This document shows, piece by piece, positions 47,470-58,307 of a stretch of DNA of 63,414 nucleotides; within the stretch, counting starts at the first letter, position 1; each line of letters begins with the position of its first letter. The stretch covers positions 1 to 63,414 of IMG/VR virus record IMGVR_UViG_3300045996_000494. The stretch is one strand, 5' to 3'. A program made the position numbers and the translations under genes. The notes under the pieces are model-generated. The model was not told the DNA's origin, searched no databases, and worked only from the letters and a program-made list of their open reading frames with translations. The DNA comes from a virus. Its lineage: Duplodnaviria; Caudoviricetes.

Positions 47470-47845
47470 AGGGTTGCCGTGCAGGGCTCCTGCCGCCCAG
47501 TGCCGGCGCTAACCCCCAAGCGCTTTTCCCTATAGCGGCACCATCGGCATTGTGCGGACCCGCCCAGGTAGCGGGTAGCTGCCAGCCGCACGACGTGAAG
47601 GAACCCTTATCGCCCATCAACTGCCCCTGTGTGGGGCGCGGGCTATCCTTGGCTGCCAGACGTGGCGCCGCCTGCCTTAGATGCCGTACCTTAGCTGCGG
47701 GCAGGAGCACGGCAAAGCGTCGAGCCTATGGACCACCACCTCGCTGACAGCAGCGCACCGCAAGGGGCCGGTGTAAAAGCCCAACGTCTGAGCGACGGCG
47801 TAACCATCCAGGCTGCCGGGTGCCTGCCCCAAACCCGGCGCGCCT
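47470..47845 (+). ncRNA. Second candidate structured RNA
   Basis: Long-range closing helix 47474-47494 with 47700-47715 enclosing nested stems; flanked by motifs at 47438 and 47848. Confidence 0.55.
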
Positions 47846-48597
47846 TTTCACCCATGAGGGTAATATCACAATGACCCTGCAAGAGATCGAGCGCGCCCTA
47901 GCCGAGGGCCGCATCTCCGCCCGCATGAACAGCGGCCGCCAGTGGCAAGTGCGGCGCAACGGCGCCACCAAGCTGTGGAAAACCCGCCCCGGCGACTTCC
48001 GCATCCCGGTCAAGGCCGGCTTCTGCGCGTGCGGTTACATCACGCAGGAGAACTTCGACCGCTCGTTCATCGTGAAGGAGGGCTAATGTCGGGAGTGAAA
48101 GACACCGTGGTGTACGCTGGCACCGACGGCAAGGTGACGCGCCAGGAGGGGCTGGGGTTCACCCAGTTCCTCGCCGTGCGCTGGGCTCGCGGCGTGCCGA
48201 AAAGCCGCTACTTCAACAGCGAGCGTGCCGCCAAGGCGTGGCTCGCGAAGCACCTCGCCAACGGCATGAGGTGAGAGGAGGGCTAATGTACCAAGTCATC
48301 GTCGAGTTCACCACTAGCGCGCCAGCGTGGCTCGGGCGCTACCACGATGCCGACAGGGCGCGTGACGTGTACGCTGCCCACGCCAACCGCAAGGACCGCA
48401 CCGGCTCGAAGATCAAGGCGGTGTTCCTGTGCAAGGATGGCGTCGTGGTGGCGCGAGCATAGGGCAACGAGTACCCCGCGCTAACCCCGTGGGGTATCGC
48501 CGCTCTATGAGCGACGCGCCTAGCGGCGCTTCGCCTAACCGCGGGACCGGTCCCGATGCGCGCCGGCTTAAGGTGCATCACACCCCGAGGTGCCTAC

Positions 48598-49260
48598 ATG
48601 ACCCAGTCGAACTCAATGTTCACCGATCTCAACGCTCTGCTGCGTTCCGTCCGCTCGCTTGCGGACAAGTACGCTCAGGGCTCGCTCTCCCGTCCCGAGA
48701 TGCTGGTCAACACCGCCATCGCGGCTCGTGAGGGTGTCGCCTCCACCGACGATGCCGAGGCCATCTGGGACGCCTTCGCCGAGCGTACCAACAAGAAGAT
48801 CGCCGATGTGACCGTCATCGGCGGCAAGGAGGGCTTCGGCTCGGACAAGGCGCATACCGTGCGCTGCTCCGAGGTGCGCACCGTCATCGCCGCGGCGATC
48901 AAGCACAACGATCTCCCCGAGGTGCTCAACGACGCACGTGTCACCGTCACCAACCTCAAGGGTGAGGGGCGCTACAAGGGCAACATGCAGGATGCCTTCG
49001 TCGCCATCGCTCGTGCCGCCAAGAAGAGCGACACGCCTCTGACCGAGGATGAGGTCATTGACGCCGTGTGCCCGGCACGCGAGTCGCCGGAGCGCACCGA
49101 GAAGAAGGAGCTGGAGAAGCTCAAGAAGCAGATGTGCGTGCTGCGCGACGGCACCAAGGGCAAGCCGGAGGAAGGCGTGCCGCCCAAGGAGCCGTTCGTG
49201 TCGGACGAGCTGCTTGCCATGATCGACCTGTGCGAGCAGCGCCTCGCGCAGTTCGTCTAA
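48598..49260 (+). CDS. Hypothetical early protein (220 aa)
   Basis: GAGG RBS, strong codon bias; its stop is the TAA of the motif at 49258. Confidence 0.8.
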   Translation: MTQSNSMFTDLNALLRSVRSLADKYAQGSLSRPEMLVNTAIAAREGVASTDDAEAIWDAFAERTNKKIADVTVIGGKEGFGSDKAHTVRCSEVRTVIAAAIKHNDLPEVLNDARVTVTNLKGEGRYKGNMQDAFVAIARAAKKSDTPLTEDEVIDAVCPARESPERTEKKELEKLKKQMCVLRDGTKGKPEEGVPPKEPFVSDELLAMIDLCEQRLAQFV

Positions 49261-51202
49261 CCCTGCGGGGTTAGGGTGGAGGGTGTGGCTAGAGTATGGG
49301 CATAGGCCCTGATGCCGCACCCTCCATCAAGTGCTAATCACGTGTGGAGGGTAAACATGTGGACGTTCATCGCAATGGCGCCCGACGGGCGCGAGCTAGG
49401 ACGTGAGAGCGGCGGGCGTGACGCCGAGGCCCGCATGCGTGGGATCGTCGACCGGTTCAACGTCCACCTGCCCCGGCTCGTGCAGAAGGTGGCCTACGTC
49501 AAGACCGTGCCCACGGTCTTTGCCGACCGCTTCGAGGATGAGCCCGTCGTCACTGCGCCGGTTAACCCTAAGAGGTAAGCCATGATGGAGTACTTGCGCG
49601 CACTGGTGTTCGGTGCCAGCGCCATCATCAGCGTCACTGACGGTGCATCTCACCAACTCTGGAGGGTAACATGCTCTATACCTACGTCTACCGCACCTCA
49701 CGGTGCACCCACGGCTACTGTGCTACCGTCACCAAGTATGGCGAGCGCCCCGAGCCATTCGTAGTGTCCCGCTCGAACTACCCCACACGCAGCCGCGCCT
49801 ACAAAGCCGCCAGGGCTATGGCGCAGGTACTCGCTAAGCGCTCGCGCGTGTGGGCTGTCGCCGTGTCCGAGCGCGGCTTTCACCCCAGAGGGTAACGTGC
49901 CCTGTTGCATACTATGCCGGACGAACTACGGCAAGACCACAGAGGCGCACTGCACCCTTGTGTTATCCGAGGACCGCTACGCCCCCACGACCCGCGTGCC
50001 GCTGTGCGGCCGCCACGACGAGGCGTGGCGCATACCTTATGCGCACTGCGAGATGACGTTCAAGCTGCCGCTGACCCGTCGCTCCTCTCCCGCCGACTGG
50101 GAGTGGGACATGGAGGTGATCTTCCCTTTGACGTGACCCTCGCCCTACCCAGGAGAGTATCGTGTGGATGATCGTGGCTGCTGCTGCTTACCAATACGAC
50201 TATGCTTGGTGGATTTGGGTTGCCATGCCCGACGGCTGGTGCGACCCCCGCGCCCTTACCCATGGATGAGGAGAGCTGACACATGATCCGTGCTGCTTAC
50301 CGCGCCTTCTACGTCGCCGAGCAAGGCATGCGCACTCGCTACTTCGCCACCAAGCGCGAGCTGCGGTCATTCCTCGCCGAGTGCCGGCACGCCAAGATTA
50401 AGGCGTGGGAGCCTCGTGATCAGAAGCTCGTGACCGTGGTCATGCCGACCATCGAGCGCACCGAACTGTATGGCTACCCCACCCCGCCCAAGAAGAAGGG
50501 TAAGGAAAAGAAGGTGCTATCATCGGTGGCAGAGATCAGAGCACAGCAAGCAGGGCTCCGCCGCGTGCAGGACTACAACGCTAACCTCGCAGGGTAAACA
50601 TCCCTATGGTCGTGCCGGACTGGGTGGAACCTCGGAGGGTAACATGATGTGGTTCGACTGGTGGTTCTTCGGTGGGGATTTCTACTGGTACTTTGTGATC
50701 TCTTTGGATGATCTGCGCGACCGCTAACCTCGGAGGGTAACATGGCACGTTTCTACGGCATCGTTGATGGTCGCCGTGGTCAAGCCTCACGTGAGGGCGA
50801 CACCCGCAGTGGCGTGAGCACTGTTTGCGCAGCGTACGCCGGCGCCATTCGCTGCCAAGCCTACGCCAAGGGCGACCATGACTGGGTGCGCGTCACCCGC
50901 ATCCCGTGGCACGGCTCCGGCGGCGACACCGTGGTGCTCTACGAGGGGCCGCTGATGCTCAAGCGTGAGGACGTAGGGCCGATCCTGATTAACCTCGGAG
51001 GGTAACGTGTGGTTCTACTGTTACGAGCTGAACAACCTGCGTGAAGCGAGCTTTCACTGGTTCTTCCCAATGCCCGACGTTCATGGAGGCGTACCGTGAT
51101 GATCGAGATCGCACCAATGTGGTTCCTCGCCATCGTGCAAGGCGCCTTCGCTGCCGGCTTAGTGTTGGCGTACCTCCTGCTCAAGGGCATGAGACAGCTC
51201 TG

Positions 51203-51472
51203 ATGTCCCTGCGGGAGAAGCTGCTCGGGATGCGCGAGCGCATCTGGATGGCTGACGGCAGGCTTAGGCGCCACGGCATCCTCGCAGAGATCGCGCGTGA
51301 GCTGGGTGTCAGCCGCCAGTGCGTCGGCACCGCCGCTCGCCGCGCCATCCACGGCCGCGAGCCCCGCAACCAGTACTATGAACGGGTGCGGCGCGTGTAT
51401 GGTCCGCAGAAAGACTGGCCGCTTGACGTGCTGGAGTACTATCGCCGGCACTACAAGAAGAGGAAGCCATGA
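51203..51472 (+). CDS. HTH DNA-binding protein
   Basis: ILAEIARELGVSRQCVGTAARR helix-turn-helix. Confidence 0.65.
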   Translation: MSLREKLLGMRERIWMADGRLRRHGILAEIARELGVSRQCVGTAARRAIHGREPRNQYYERVRRVYGPQKDWPLDVLEYYRRHYKKRKP

Positions 51473-52581
51473 CCCTAAACCTACTCCAGTGGCACATAGC
51501 CTACCACGCCACCGATGATCAGCTCACCCGTTTAATGGTGTACTGGCCATGAACTACGACCCGGTGCCCGCATGGTTCCAGTGGAAAGCAGCAGAGTATG
51601 CACTCCGAGCAGCACTGCGGAAGTTGGTGCACGCAAGACTAAAGGTTGAGCCATGACGACGTTCTCGTTCCGCGCCTTCAACTTCGACGCATGGCGTGAC
51701 CGGGCAAAGCTTTTCCACGATGGGTGGCGTGTAGCTAACTACGCTATGGACAGCGAGATCGCGCAACTGGAGATCGCTCACGATGCCTGCAAAAATAGGG
51801 AAGCGCTGGCGCACATGGCTCGCCAAGCGCTCGATACCGCCTGGAAAAATCGCCCGCCCCGGCATGCGCAAAGACAAGGTCGCCGTCAAGGCAGCTAAGG
51901 TCTCCGCACAGGAGCGCGAGCAGCTCGCCATCATCAAGCGCCGGCGCGAAGAGATCGCCCGTGAGAACGCACGCCTCGCCCGCCAGGAGGCACGTCTGGC
52001 TTCCCGCCAGCGCCGTGCCGACGAGGAGGCGCAGTGGCACTACGAGCGTCAGATGGAGGACTACGTCCTCGGTCGCACTAACCCCGAGAGGTAATGGCCA
52101 TGGCCTACCGCTGGCACATCTATAAGATGATCACCCGTGAGCGTGCTGAGATTGTTGCCCGCGAACTGGCGCTGGCGGTCGAGATACCGCGCGACGGCGA
52201 CTGCCTCGCTGAGGTTGGGCGGGAAGGGCTCCCCTGCCGGCTGTGTGCTCGCAACCGCATGGAATGGCGGGCGGCAGTCGGTCGTGTACGCCTCGCGCTG
52301 AAGAAGGCTTTCAGCTAACCCCGAGAGGTAAATGTCATGCTCATGTTCATGGAGACAGAGGGCACCGTGCTGCTTGTGCAGAATGGTGTGTATAACGAGG
52401 TGAAGGTCTGCCGTTATCTGGATCGCCTATACGGCAAGATTGGTAAAGACCGGTATGTTGAGCTGCACCGGGACCACTATACCAGCAATCCCAAGACGAT
52501 GTGGAAACTTATTGCTGGCATCCACTATGAAGTGGACAACAAGTCAGGTGCTATCATCTTGGCGTAGGAATATATAGCCTC

Positions 52582-52610
52582 TTGACACTAGGTTAGTCTT
52601 ACATTATATT
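52582..52610 (+). promoter_or_regulatory. Sigma70-type promoter
   Basis: TTGACA-17 nt-TATATT followed by a GGAGGAGG RBS. Confidence 0.8.
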
Positions 52611-52628
52611 ATGTGGGAGGAGGGTCAC

Positions 52629-52820
52629 ATGGACTACCGTGAGCGCCTGCACGACGAACAGCTTGAGCTTCAGGCGCAGCGCATCACCCGCGATGTTCTT
52701 GCGACACTCCGCGAGAACGGTGACAACCTCGACATTCTCGCCGCCGTGCGGCGGGCCTTGCTCGACCATAACCCCGGAAAGGTAACTCATGGACACCGAG
52801 AAGATACTGATCAAGCGTGA
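52629..52820 (+). CDS. Hypothetical protein
   Basis: First ORF after the promoter, strong RBS. Confidence 0.65.
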   Translation: MDYRERLHDEQLELQAQRITRDVLATLRENGDNLDILAAVRRALLDHNPGKVTHGHREDTDQA

Positions 52821-53169
52821 GCAGACGCACGGCGGCTACACCGACACCGCCGCCTATGCGCAGTCGATCAAGAACGTGCTGCGCCTCACCGAGAAGTACC
52901 ACTCCCTCGCGCCGACGGCGAAGGAAAGCCTCGACCTGATCGCCACTAAGATCGCCCGCATCCTGTCCGGCGATGCCGAGCTTGCCGAGCACTGGGAGGA
53001 CATCGCTGGCTACGCAGGACTTGAGGCGCGGCGCCTGGGAAAGATGCGGGACAAGCTCCAGCCGAGCTTGATGGGCGGCGGCACCCTTCCATTCACCCTA
53101 CCGAAAAGCGTCCCACCACGGGAGACCCCCGATGAAATTGCCACTGAGGAGACCGCGCCGGCCCGGTAA
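52789..53169 (+). CDS. DUF6378-like protein
   Basis: REQTHG.Y...KIARILSGD....HWEDIAGYA motif. Confidence 0.75.
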   Translation: MDTEKILIKREQTHGGYTDTAAYAQSIKNVLRLTEKYHSLAPTAKESLDLIATKIARILSGDAELAEHWEDIAGYAGLEARRLGKMRDKLQPSLMGGGTLPFTLPKSVPPRETPDEIATEETAPAR

Positions 53170-53203
53170 GAAACCCCTAACCCACCTGAAGGAGGAGCTG
53201 CCA

Positions 53204-53569
53204 ATGCTCACCGAGCACCAGTACGCACGCATCTACAGGCGCGTGCGTGCTGCGACGATGATCGATCCGCGGGCGCTCGCTGAGTACGACGGCGCGCGCA
53301 ACATCGTCTACATCAACGTGGACATCTTCGACGAGCTGCCCACACACGAACGGTCCCGCGTGTTCTACGACTCGTACTGGGACGCTGCCAGCTAACCCCG
53401 AGAGGTAACAATGGAACTCACACTCACCCAGGCAGAGCTGGAGGTGCTTAGGAAGCTCGTGCCGCACCTTGAGCTGATCCCCGGAGGTGGGGACATCGGC
53501 GAGGACTACAACCTCACCGAGGACGACGACAACGCGCTGTGGAGCTTCATCAAGAAGCTGCAGGCGTAA
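53204..53569 (+). CDS. Two small hypothetical ORFs (53204-53395 and 53411-53569)
   Basis: RBSs present; joined by the motif at 53393. Confidence 0.65.
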
Positions 53570-53604
53570 CTCACCCCCACTACCCCTTACCCCGAGAGGT
53601 TACC

Positions 53605-54681
53605 ATGAAACTAAAAGATATCGAGCGCCGCCTTGTGACGTGGTTCAAGAGCGGCAAGTGCGTGTACCTGCGCGGACCCATCGGTCGTGGCAAGACCACG
53701 GTCATCCAGTCCGCTCCCGCCCGCCTCAAGGAAGCGCTTGGCGGCAGCTACGGCATCGTGATCGTCTCCGGTCCGCTGCTCAACCCGCCGGACGCTGTGG
53801 GCTACCTCATGCCGGAGAAGCGTGGTGAGTGGCTCATGTCGCTGTTTACCCAGCCCTTCTGGTTCATCACCGACGAAGGCAAGCACATCTCTGAGTACAC
53901 CGGCGGCATCATCCTTGTGGACGAGGCCGACAAGATGGACACCGACGTGAAGAAGGTGATCGGTGAGGCAGCCTTGTCCGGTCGCCTCGGCCCACACCGC
54001 CTTGCTGACCACGGTGACTGGCACGTGTGGATGGCGGGCAACCGTGCGGGTGATCGTTCGGGCGCCACCAAAGAGTTTGATCACCTGATCAACCGCCGCA
54101 TGGAGATCAACGTCGACGACGATCTTGAGTCGACGGAGGATTACTACATGAAGGCGGGTGTGCGGCCGGAGTTCATCGCCTTCGCGCACTCCAACCCGCA
54201 AATCGTGTTCATGGACCCGCCGCCGGTGCCGGGACCGTGGTGCACACCTCGCTCACTGCACTCGCTGGCTGACTACGCCATGCAGCACGTAGATGGCGAG
54301 GGCCTGCTGCCGACCGACCCACTGTTCAAAGAGGAAGCCGCCGGCTTCATCGGCGAGGGGCCGACCGCGCAGCTGTTCGCTACCCTGGAGCTGGCGCGTG
54401 AAATGCCACGCTTCGAGGAGATCGTTGCTAACCCCAGCAAGGTAAAGCTGCCGACCAAGGCGGATGCCCAGATGCTCGTGGTCTACACGCTCGCTGCGAA
54501 GGTGGACGACAAGACGTTGGGGCCGTGCATCAAGTACATCGAGCGCATGCCGGCGGAGTTCACCATCACTTTCGGCAAGAGCGTGGTGACCCGCAAGAAG
54601 GCGTTCGTGGTGCACCCCGAGTTCGCTGCATGGTGCCAGCGTAACAGCGCGCTCCTGATGGCCATCACCCAGATCGGGTGA
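53605..54681 (+). CDS. MoxR-like AAA+ ATPase
   Basis: Walker A GPIGRGKT, Walker B ILVDE, AGNR..D, NR and TPRS motifs. Confidence 0.88.
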   Translation: MKLKDIERRLVTWFKSGKCVYLRGPIGRGKTTVIQSAPARLKEALGGSYGIVIVSGPLLNPPDAVGYLMPEKRGEWLMSLFTQPFWFITDEGKHISEYTGGIILVDEADKMDTDVKKVIGEAALSGRLGPHRLADHGDWHVWMAGNRAGDRSGATKEFDHLINRRMEINVDDDLESTEDYYMKAGVRPEFIAFAHSNPQIVFMDPPPVPGPWCTPRSLHSLADYAMQHVDGEGLLPTDPLFKEEAAGFIGEGPTAQLFATLELAREMPRFEEIVANPSKVKLPTKADAQMLVVYTLAAKVDDKTLGPCIKYIERMPAEFTITFGKSVVTRKKAFVVHPEFAAWCQRNSALLMAITQIG

Positions 54682-54779
54682 TGTCTATCGGGTTCCACCC
54701 TGGCTGGATGGTGTCGTGTCCAGACGGTGCCGTCAGCATCTGGTTTTTTGACCACCCCTTCCCTAGGAGACAGAGAGCT

Positions 54780-55049
54780 ATGAGCGACAAGGATCAAGAG
54801 CAGCAGGATCGCGAGGCTTCGCACGTGGCCTACGCCATCTCTACGGCTATCGTGAACAGCCGCTTCACCGACGAGGAGCGGACGCTGGTCAAGCAGCTGG
54901 TGACCGAGGCGGCGCAGCAGCTCAGCATCAAGATGTCCTTGATGCTGGGAAACGGCGACGGCCGCCCGCGGTTCTCCATCGGCGGCTATATCAAGACGAG
55001 CAATTCGGGCCAACGCAAGTTGGAGCTGAACTTAGAAGAGACAGCTTAG
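54780..55049 (+). CDS. Hypothetical protein
   Basis: AGGAG RBS, 89 aa. Confidence 0.6.
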   Translation: MSDKDQEQQDREASHVAYAISTAIVNSRFTDEERTLVKQLVTEAAQQLSIKMSLMLGNGDGRPRFSIGGYIKTSNSGQRKLELNLEETA

Positions 55050-55136
55050 CGTACGACGTGCTCAGGTGGCATGCTTCCCGCCCCGTGAGCACATCTGAGC
55101 CACCCGAATAGCTCCTCTCACCCCGGAGGGTAACAC

Positions 55137-56450
55137 ATGGAAATCCTGAAGAAGCCCCGTGAGATACATGCGACCGAGGTGTCGCTGACCGGCCAGCAGA
55201 CAAAGCTGTGGGATCAGTCCCGCGCCAAGTTCATGCTGTCGTGCCCGGCGTTCTGCCACATCCTCTACCAGATGATGAACCCGCGGCGGCAGGAGAAGCA
55301 TGCGGTGTTCACGCATGACGTGCCCATCGCCGGCACCGACGGGCTCTACATGTATCTGAACCCGGAGCGATGGTTCAAGTACACGCTCGGCGAGCGGTGC
55401 TTCATCATGGCTCACGAGGTGCTGCACGCCATCTTCAATCACTGCATCATCTTCCACATGTACCGCACCCGCGAACATGTGAAGTTCTCGGACGGCACGC
55501 AGCTGCCGTACGTCGAGATCGTGATGCAGCTCGCTGCCGACTGCGTGATCAACGCCATCATCCGCGACAGCGCCTTCGACGGCTTCGCCGTGCCGGCCGA
55601 CGCTCAGTTTCAGGATGACATCACGTCTGAGGACCAGCTGATCGAGGCGTACCGCAAGGTATTCAAACAGACCAAGGGCGGCAAGAAGTTACCCGGTGAT
55701 GGTAAGCCGGGCGAGGGTGGGCCGAGCAACGGCTTCGATGTGCACCTTGAGCCGGGCTCCACCGAGGGCAAGCCCGGCACGGTCGCTGCGCAGGACCGCA
55801 ACGAGCAGGAGTGGAAGATCGCGGTGTCTGCCGCCATCGCCCTGGCGAAGGCACAGGGCAACCTCCCTGGCACCCTGGCGCGCGTTCTGGAAGACGTGCT
55901 CGACCCGCAGGTGTCGTGGCAGGACTACGTCGAGGGCTGGTGCAAGCGCAAGGCGGGTGGTGGCAGCTTCAACTTCCGCCGGCCAGACCGCAGGCTGATC
56001 TCCCGAGAAGTGCCGATCTATGCCCCGGCGCGCAGCGGGTTTGGCGTGAACAACATGGTCGTGGTCGTGGACACGTCAGGCTCGATCACTGACCCGACCA
56101 TCAGCATGTTCTTCGCCGAGATGAAAGGTGTGCTGGAGGACGTGAAGCCGGAGCATATGTTCGTGATCTGGTGCGATGCGAAGGTGCACCGCATCGACTA
56201 CATCGAGGACATGAGCGACTTGCTCGCCCTGCGCAGGAAGGATGCGCCGGGCGGCGGTGGCACTAGCTTCGTCCCACCGTTCGACACGGTGCGCGACGAT
56301 CTCGGGATCACGCCCGACGCGCTGATCTACCTCACCGATGGCGACGGCACATTCCCCGCGGCGGCGCCGAGCTACCCCGTGTTGTGGGGCACGATCAAGA
56401 AGAACAATTACCCCTGGGGTGAAGTCGTCGAGATACCGCAGGTGCAGTGA
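55137..56450 (+). CDS. Metallopeptidase-vWA protein (DUF2201-like)
   Basis: AGTDG, AHEVLH (HExxH), MIDAS DTSGS, GGGGTSF and LTDG. Confidence 0.88.
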   Translation: MEILKKPREIHATEVSLTGQQTKLWDQSRAKFMLSCPAFCHILYQMMNPRRQEKHAVFTHDVPIAGTDGLYMYLNPERWFKYTLGERCFIMAHEVLHAIFNHCIIFHMYRTREHVKFSDGTQLPYVEIVMQLAADCVINAIIRDSAFDGFAVPADAQFQDDITSEDQLIEAYRKVFKQTKGGKKLPGDGKPGEGGPSNGFDVHLEPGSTEGKPGTVAAQDRNEQEWKIAVSAAIALAKAQGNLPGTLARVLEDVLDPQVSWQDYVEGWCKRKAGGGSFNFRRPDRRLISREVPIYAPARSGFGVNNMVVVVDTSGSITDPTISMFFAEMKGVLEDVKPEHMFVIWCDAKVHRIDYIEDMSDLLALRRKDAPGGGGTSFVPPFDTVRDDLGITPDALIYLTDGDGTFPAAAPSYPVLWGTIKKNNYPWGEVVEIPQVQ

Positions 56451-56980
56451 TGGGACGACTGCTCTACGTCTGTGAGGGATGCGAGCCTGAAGTGTGCGGA
56501 TGGGAAAAACGGGAGAGCTTGCGTGTCACCCCCGATGGCCGGTGGCTGTGTGAAGGGTGCTTTAGTGAAGAGCCATGTGACGAGGAGGACGGACCATGGT
56601 GGAACGACTGCTTTATGCCACCTGAGTATATCCTGGTCGAGGTGCCGCGATGAAGCTCGAAGGGAAGCATCTGCCAGCCATCGTCACCGCGCTGCGAGGT
56701 GCTATCATAAGTGGCGCGGTGACAATCGCGGAAGCGAGAGAGTTCTGTGACGCTACGTTCGACGTGGTGCTTGAGGAGATCGCCAATGGACGAAAAGACC
56801 CAGCCCCAGCTGTTCGAGAACCCGCCCCAGCCCGAGACCCCCGAAGCCTCGCGGCAGCAGCGAAAGAACGAGCTGCTTCTGCGCGCTCTCGTGACGAAGG
56901 ACAGGGACGAGATGCGCCGGCTGACGGCGGAGTGGACGGACCTAGTGCTGGAGCAGCTTAACGCCACACCGAAGTGCTGA
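56447..56980 (+). CDS. Small hypothetical ORFs (56447-56653 Cys-rich, 56650-56961, 56786-56980)
   Basis: Coupled starts and RBSs; the last two overlap substantially. Confidence 0.5.
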
Positions 56981-57009
56981 ACCACTCTAACCCCGAGAGG
57001 TAACTGATC

Positions 57010-57756
57010 ATGCCTAGACGAGGACGCGCTCTTGGCGAGCGCAAGGACGACTGGGTTGGCTGCTGCCGGCGCTTTCAGGCACAGGCAGTCAAGACCGGCA
57101 TCACGATCATGCGCAACCGAGCCATTGCGTGGCAAAACCCGGAGATCACGCACGACGAGCTGTTGCGCACCTTCGTGCCGGTCCATCTGCAGGAGATGGC
57201 AAAGCTGGTGGTCAAGCATTTTGGCACTGCCGCTATCCACTATCAGCAGTGGGAGTGCGGCAGTCCGAAGATGCAGATCGCGATCCGCTACGACGATGCT
57301 GACTGGGCTCCACCCAAGCAGAAGGTGCTGCTTCCCGGCCCTGGTCTCGACAAGCTCACGGCGTGGTGCGAGTGGCGCTATGCACGTGGCTGCGAGTGGG
57401 GACTGGTCCGTGCGGTGTGGGACCGGCTCAACGACTTATGCGAAAAGCACTGGCCGGGCTCAAACCGCCTTCACGTGGTGCGCTACTTGTGGCCGACCGT
57501 GATGACATTGCTGGAGGTGGGCGGCGAACCCGATGAAGCCACGAAGCTCCGCAGTGCCCGCCCGCCCGAAGAGCTTCCACGCATATATCCCGAGCTGCGT
57601 GAGGCGATGCGTATCACCGCTGGCACCGTCGCTGCTGCCACCCTGCTGCCAGCTAAGTTCGACAACGTTGACGACGACTGGCCGGTTACGCTGGAGACGC
57701 AGGAGTACAGAGGCCCGAAGCCGAAGCTGGACGGAACAGCCTATAGCGTAATGTAA
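57010..57756 (+). CDS. Hypothetical protein
   Basis: 248 aa, follows the motif at 56988. Confidence 0.75.
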   Translation: MPRRGRALGERKDDWVGCCRRFQAQAVKTGITIMRNRAIAWQNPEITHDELLRTFVPVHLQEMAKLVVKHFGTAAIHYQQWECGSPKMQIAIRYDDADWAPPKQKVLLPGPGLDKLTAWCEWRYARGCEWGLVRAVWDRLNDLCEKHWPGSNRLHVVRYLWPTVMTLLEVGGEPDEATKLRSARPPEELPRIYPELREAMRITAGTVAAATLLPAKFDNVDDDWPVTLETQEYRGPKPKLDGTAYSVM

Positions 57757-57785
57757 TACCCCATCCACCCCAGGAGGTAACCGCT

Positions 57786-58202
57786 ATGCCCCGACAGATG
57801 AACACTCTCAAGTACGCAGAGCGCAAGCAGATCGAGCCCCTACTGCTGGCGCACCTCTCCAAGAGGGAGGACGGCACCTGCTATTACGCGGACGGTTGGA
57901 GCGATCACCGCATCGCAGAGCTGGCGTCTGAGACGTTGCAGCGAACCGTCACGACCCACAACATCGCCGGCCTGCGTTTAGAGACTGCGGGGCTTCTGTT
58001 CCGCAAGCGCGGGAAGAAGGTGAACGGGCACGCTGAGCCAGACCCGGTGCCGTCCGCGCAAGCAGTGATTATTGGCTCGCTGCAGGAGCACACCACTCAA
58101 CTTGACCAACGGCTAGCCAAGTTGGGTTTAGTGCTGGCGCGTTTGAACGCACGCCTATCGTGGCTGGAGAACAGCCTCGGCGGTGGCATGCCCGAGAAAT
58201 GA
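57786..58202 (+). CDS. Putative DNA-binding protein with a C-terminal coiled coil
   Basis: WSDHRIAE...VTTHNIAGLR HTH-like segment; AGGAGG RBS inside the motif. Confidence 0.55.
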   Translation: MPRQMNTLKYAERKQIEPLLLAHLSKREDGTCYYADGWSDHRIAELASETLQRTVTTHNIAGLRLETAGLLFRKRGKKVNGHAEPDPVPSAQAVIIGSLQEHTTQLDQRLAKLGLVLARLNARLSWLENSLGGGMPEK

Positions 58203-58235
58203 AAAGGGGCGGTCCCCCGCCAGAAGGACCGCCCC
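58202..58235. terminator. Hairpin, possibly a bidirectional terminator
   Basis: GGGGCGGTCC/GGACCGCCCC stem preceded by an A-run. Confidence 0.5.
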
Positions 58236-58307
58236 CAACACTCTCACCCCGAGAGTACGCGGGAGGACGCGCACCTCCCAACGTAGTCGCCCCGAGGGTC
58301 ACAGTCA

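Larger units (their letters stand above)
47078..52567 (+). other. Array of about 20 small early ORFs, many delimited by the 16-bp motif (e.g. 47871-48086, 48086-48274, 48286-48462, 49357-49578, 49671-49895, 49897-50136, 50283-50597, 50742-51005, 52094-52318, 52337-52567)
   Basis: Co-oriented short ORFs with RBSs and no recognisable function. Confidence 0.7.

Noticed and set aside
47189-57780. Integron cassette array (TAAC resembles the attC inverse core)
   Set aside because: Sites are only 16 bp, lack the attC-length stem and GTTRRRY end, and there is no IntI
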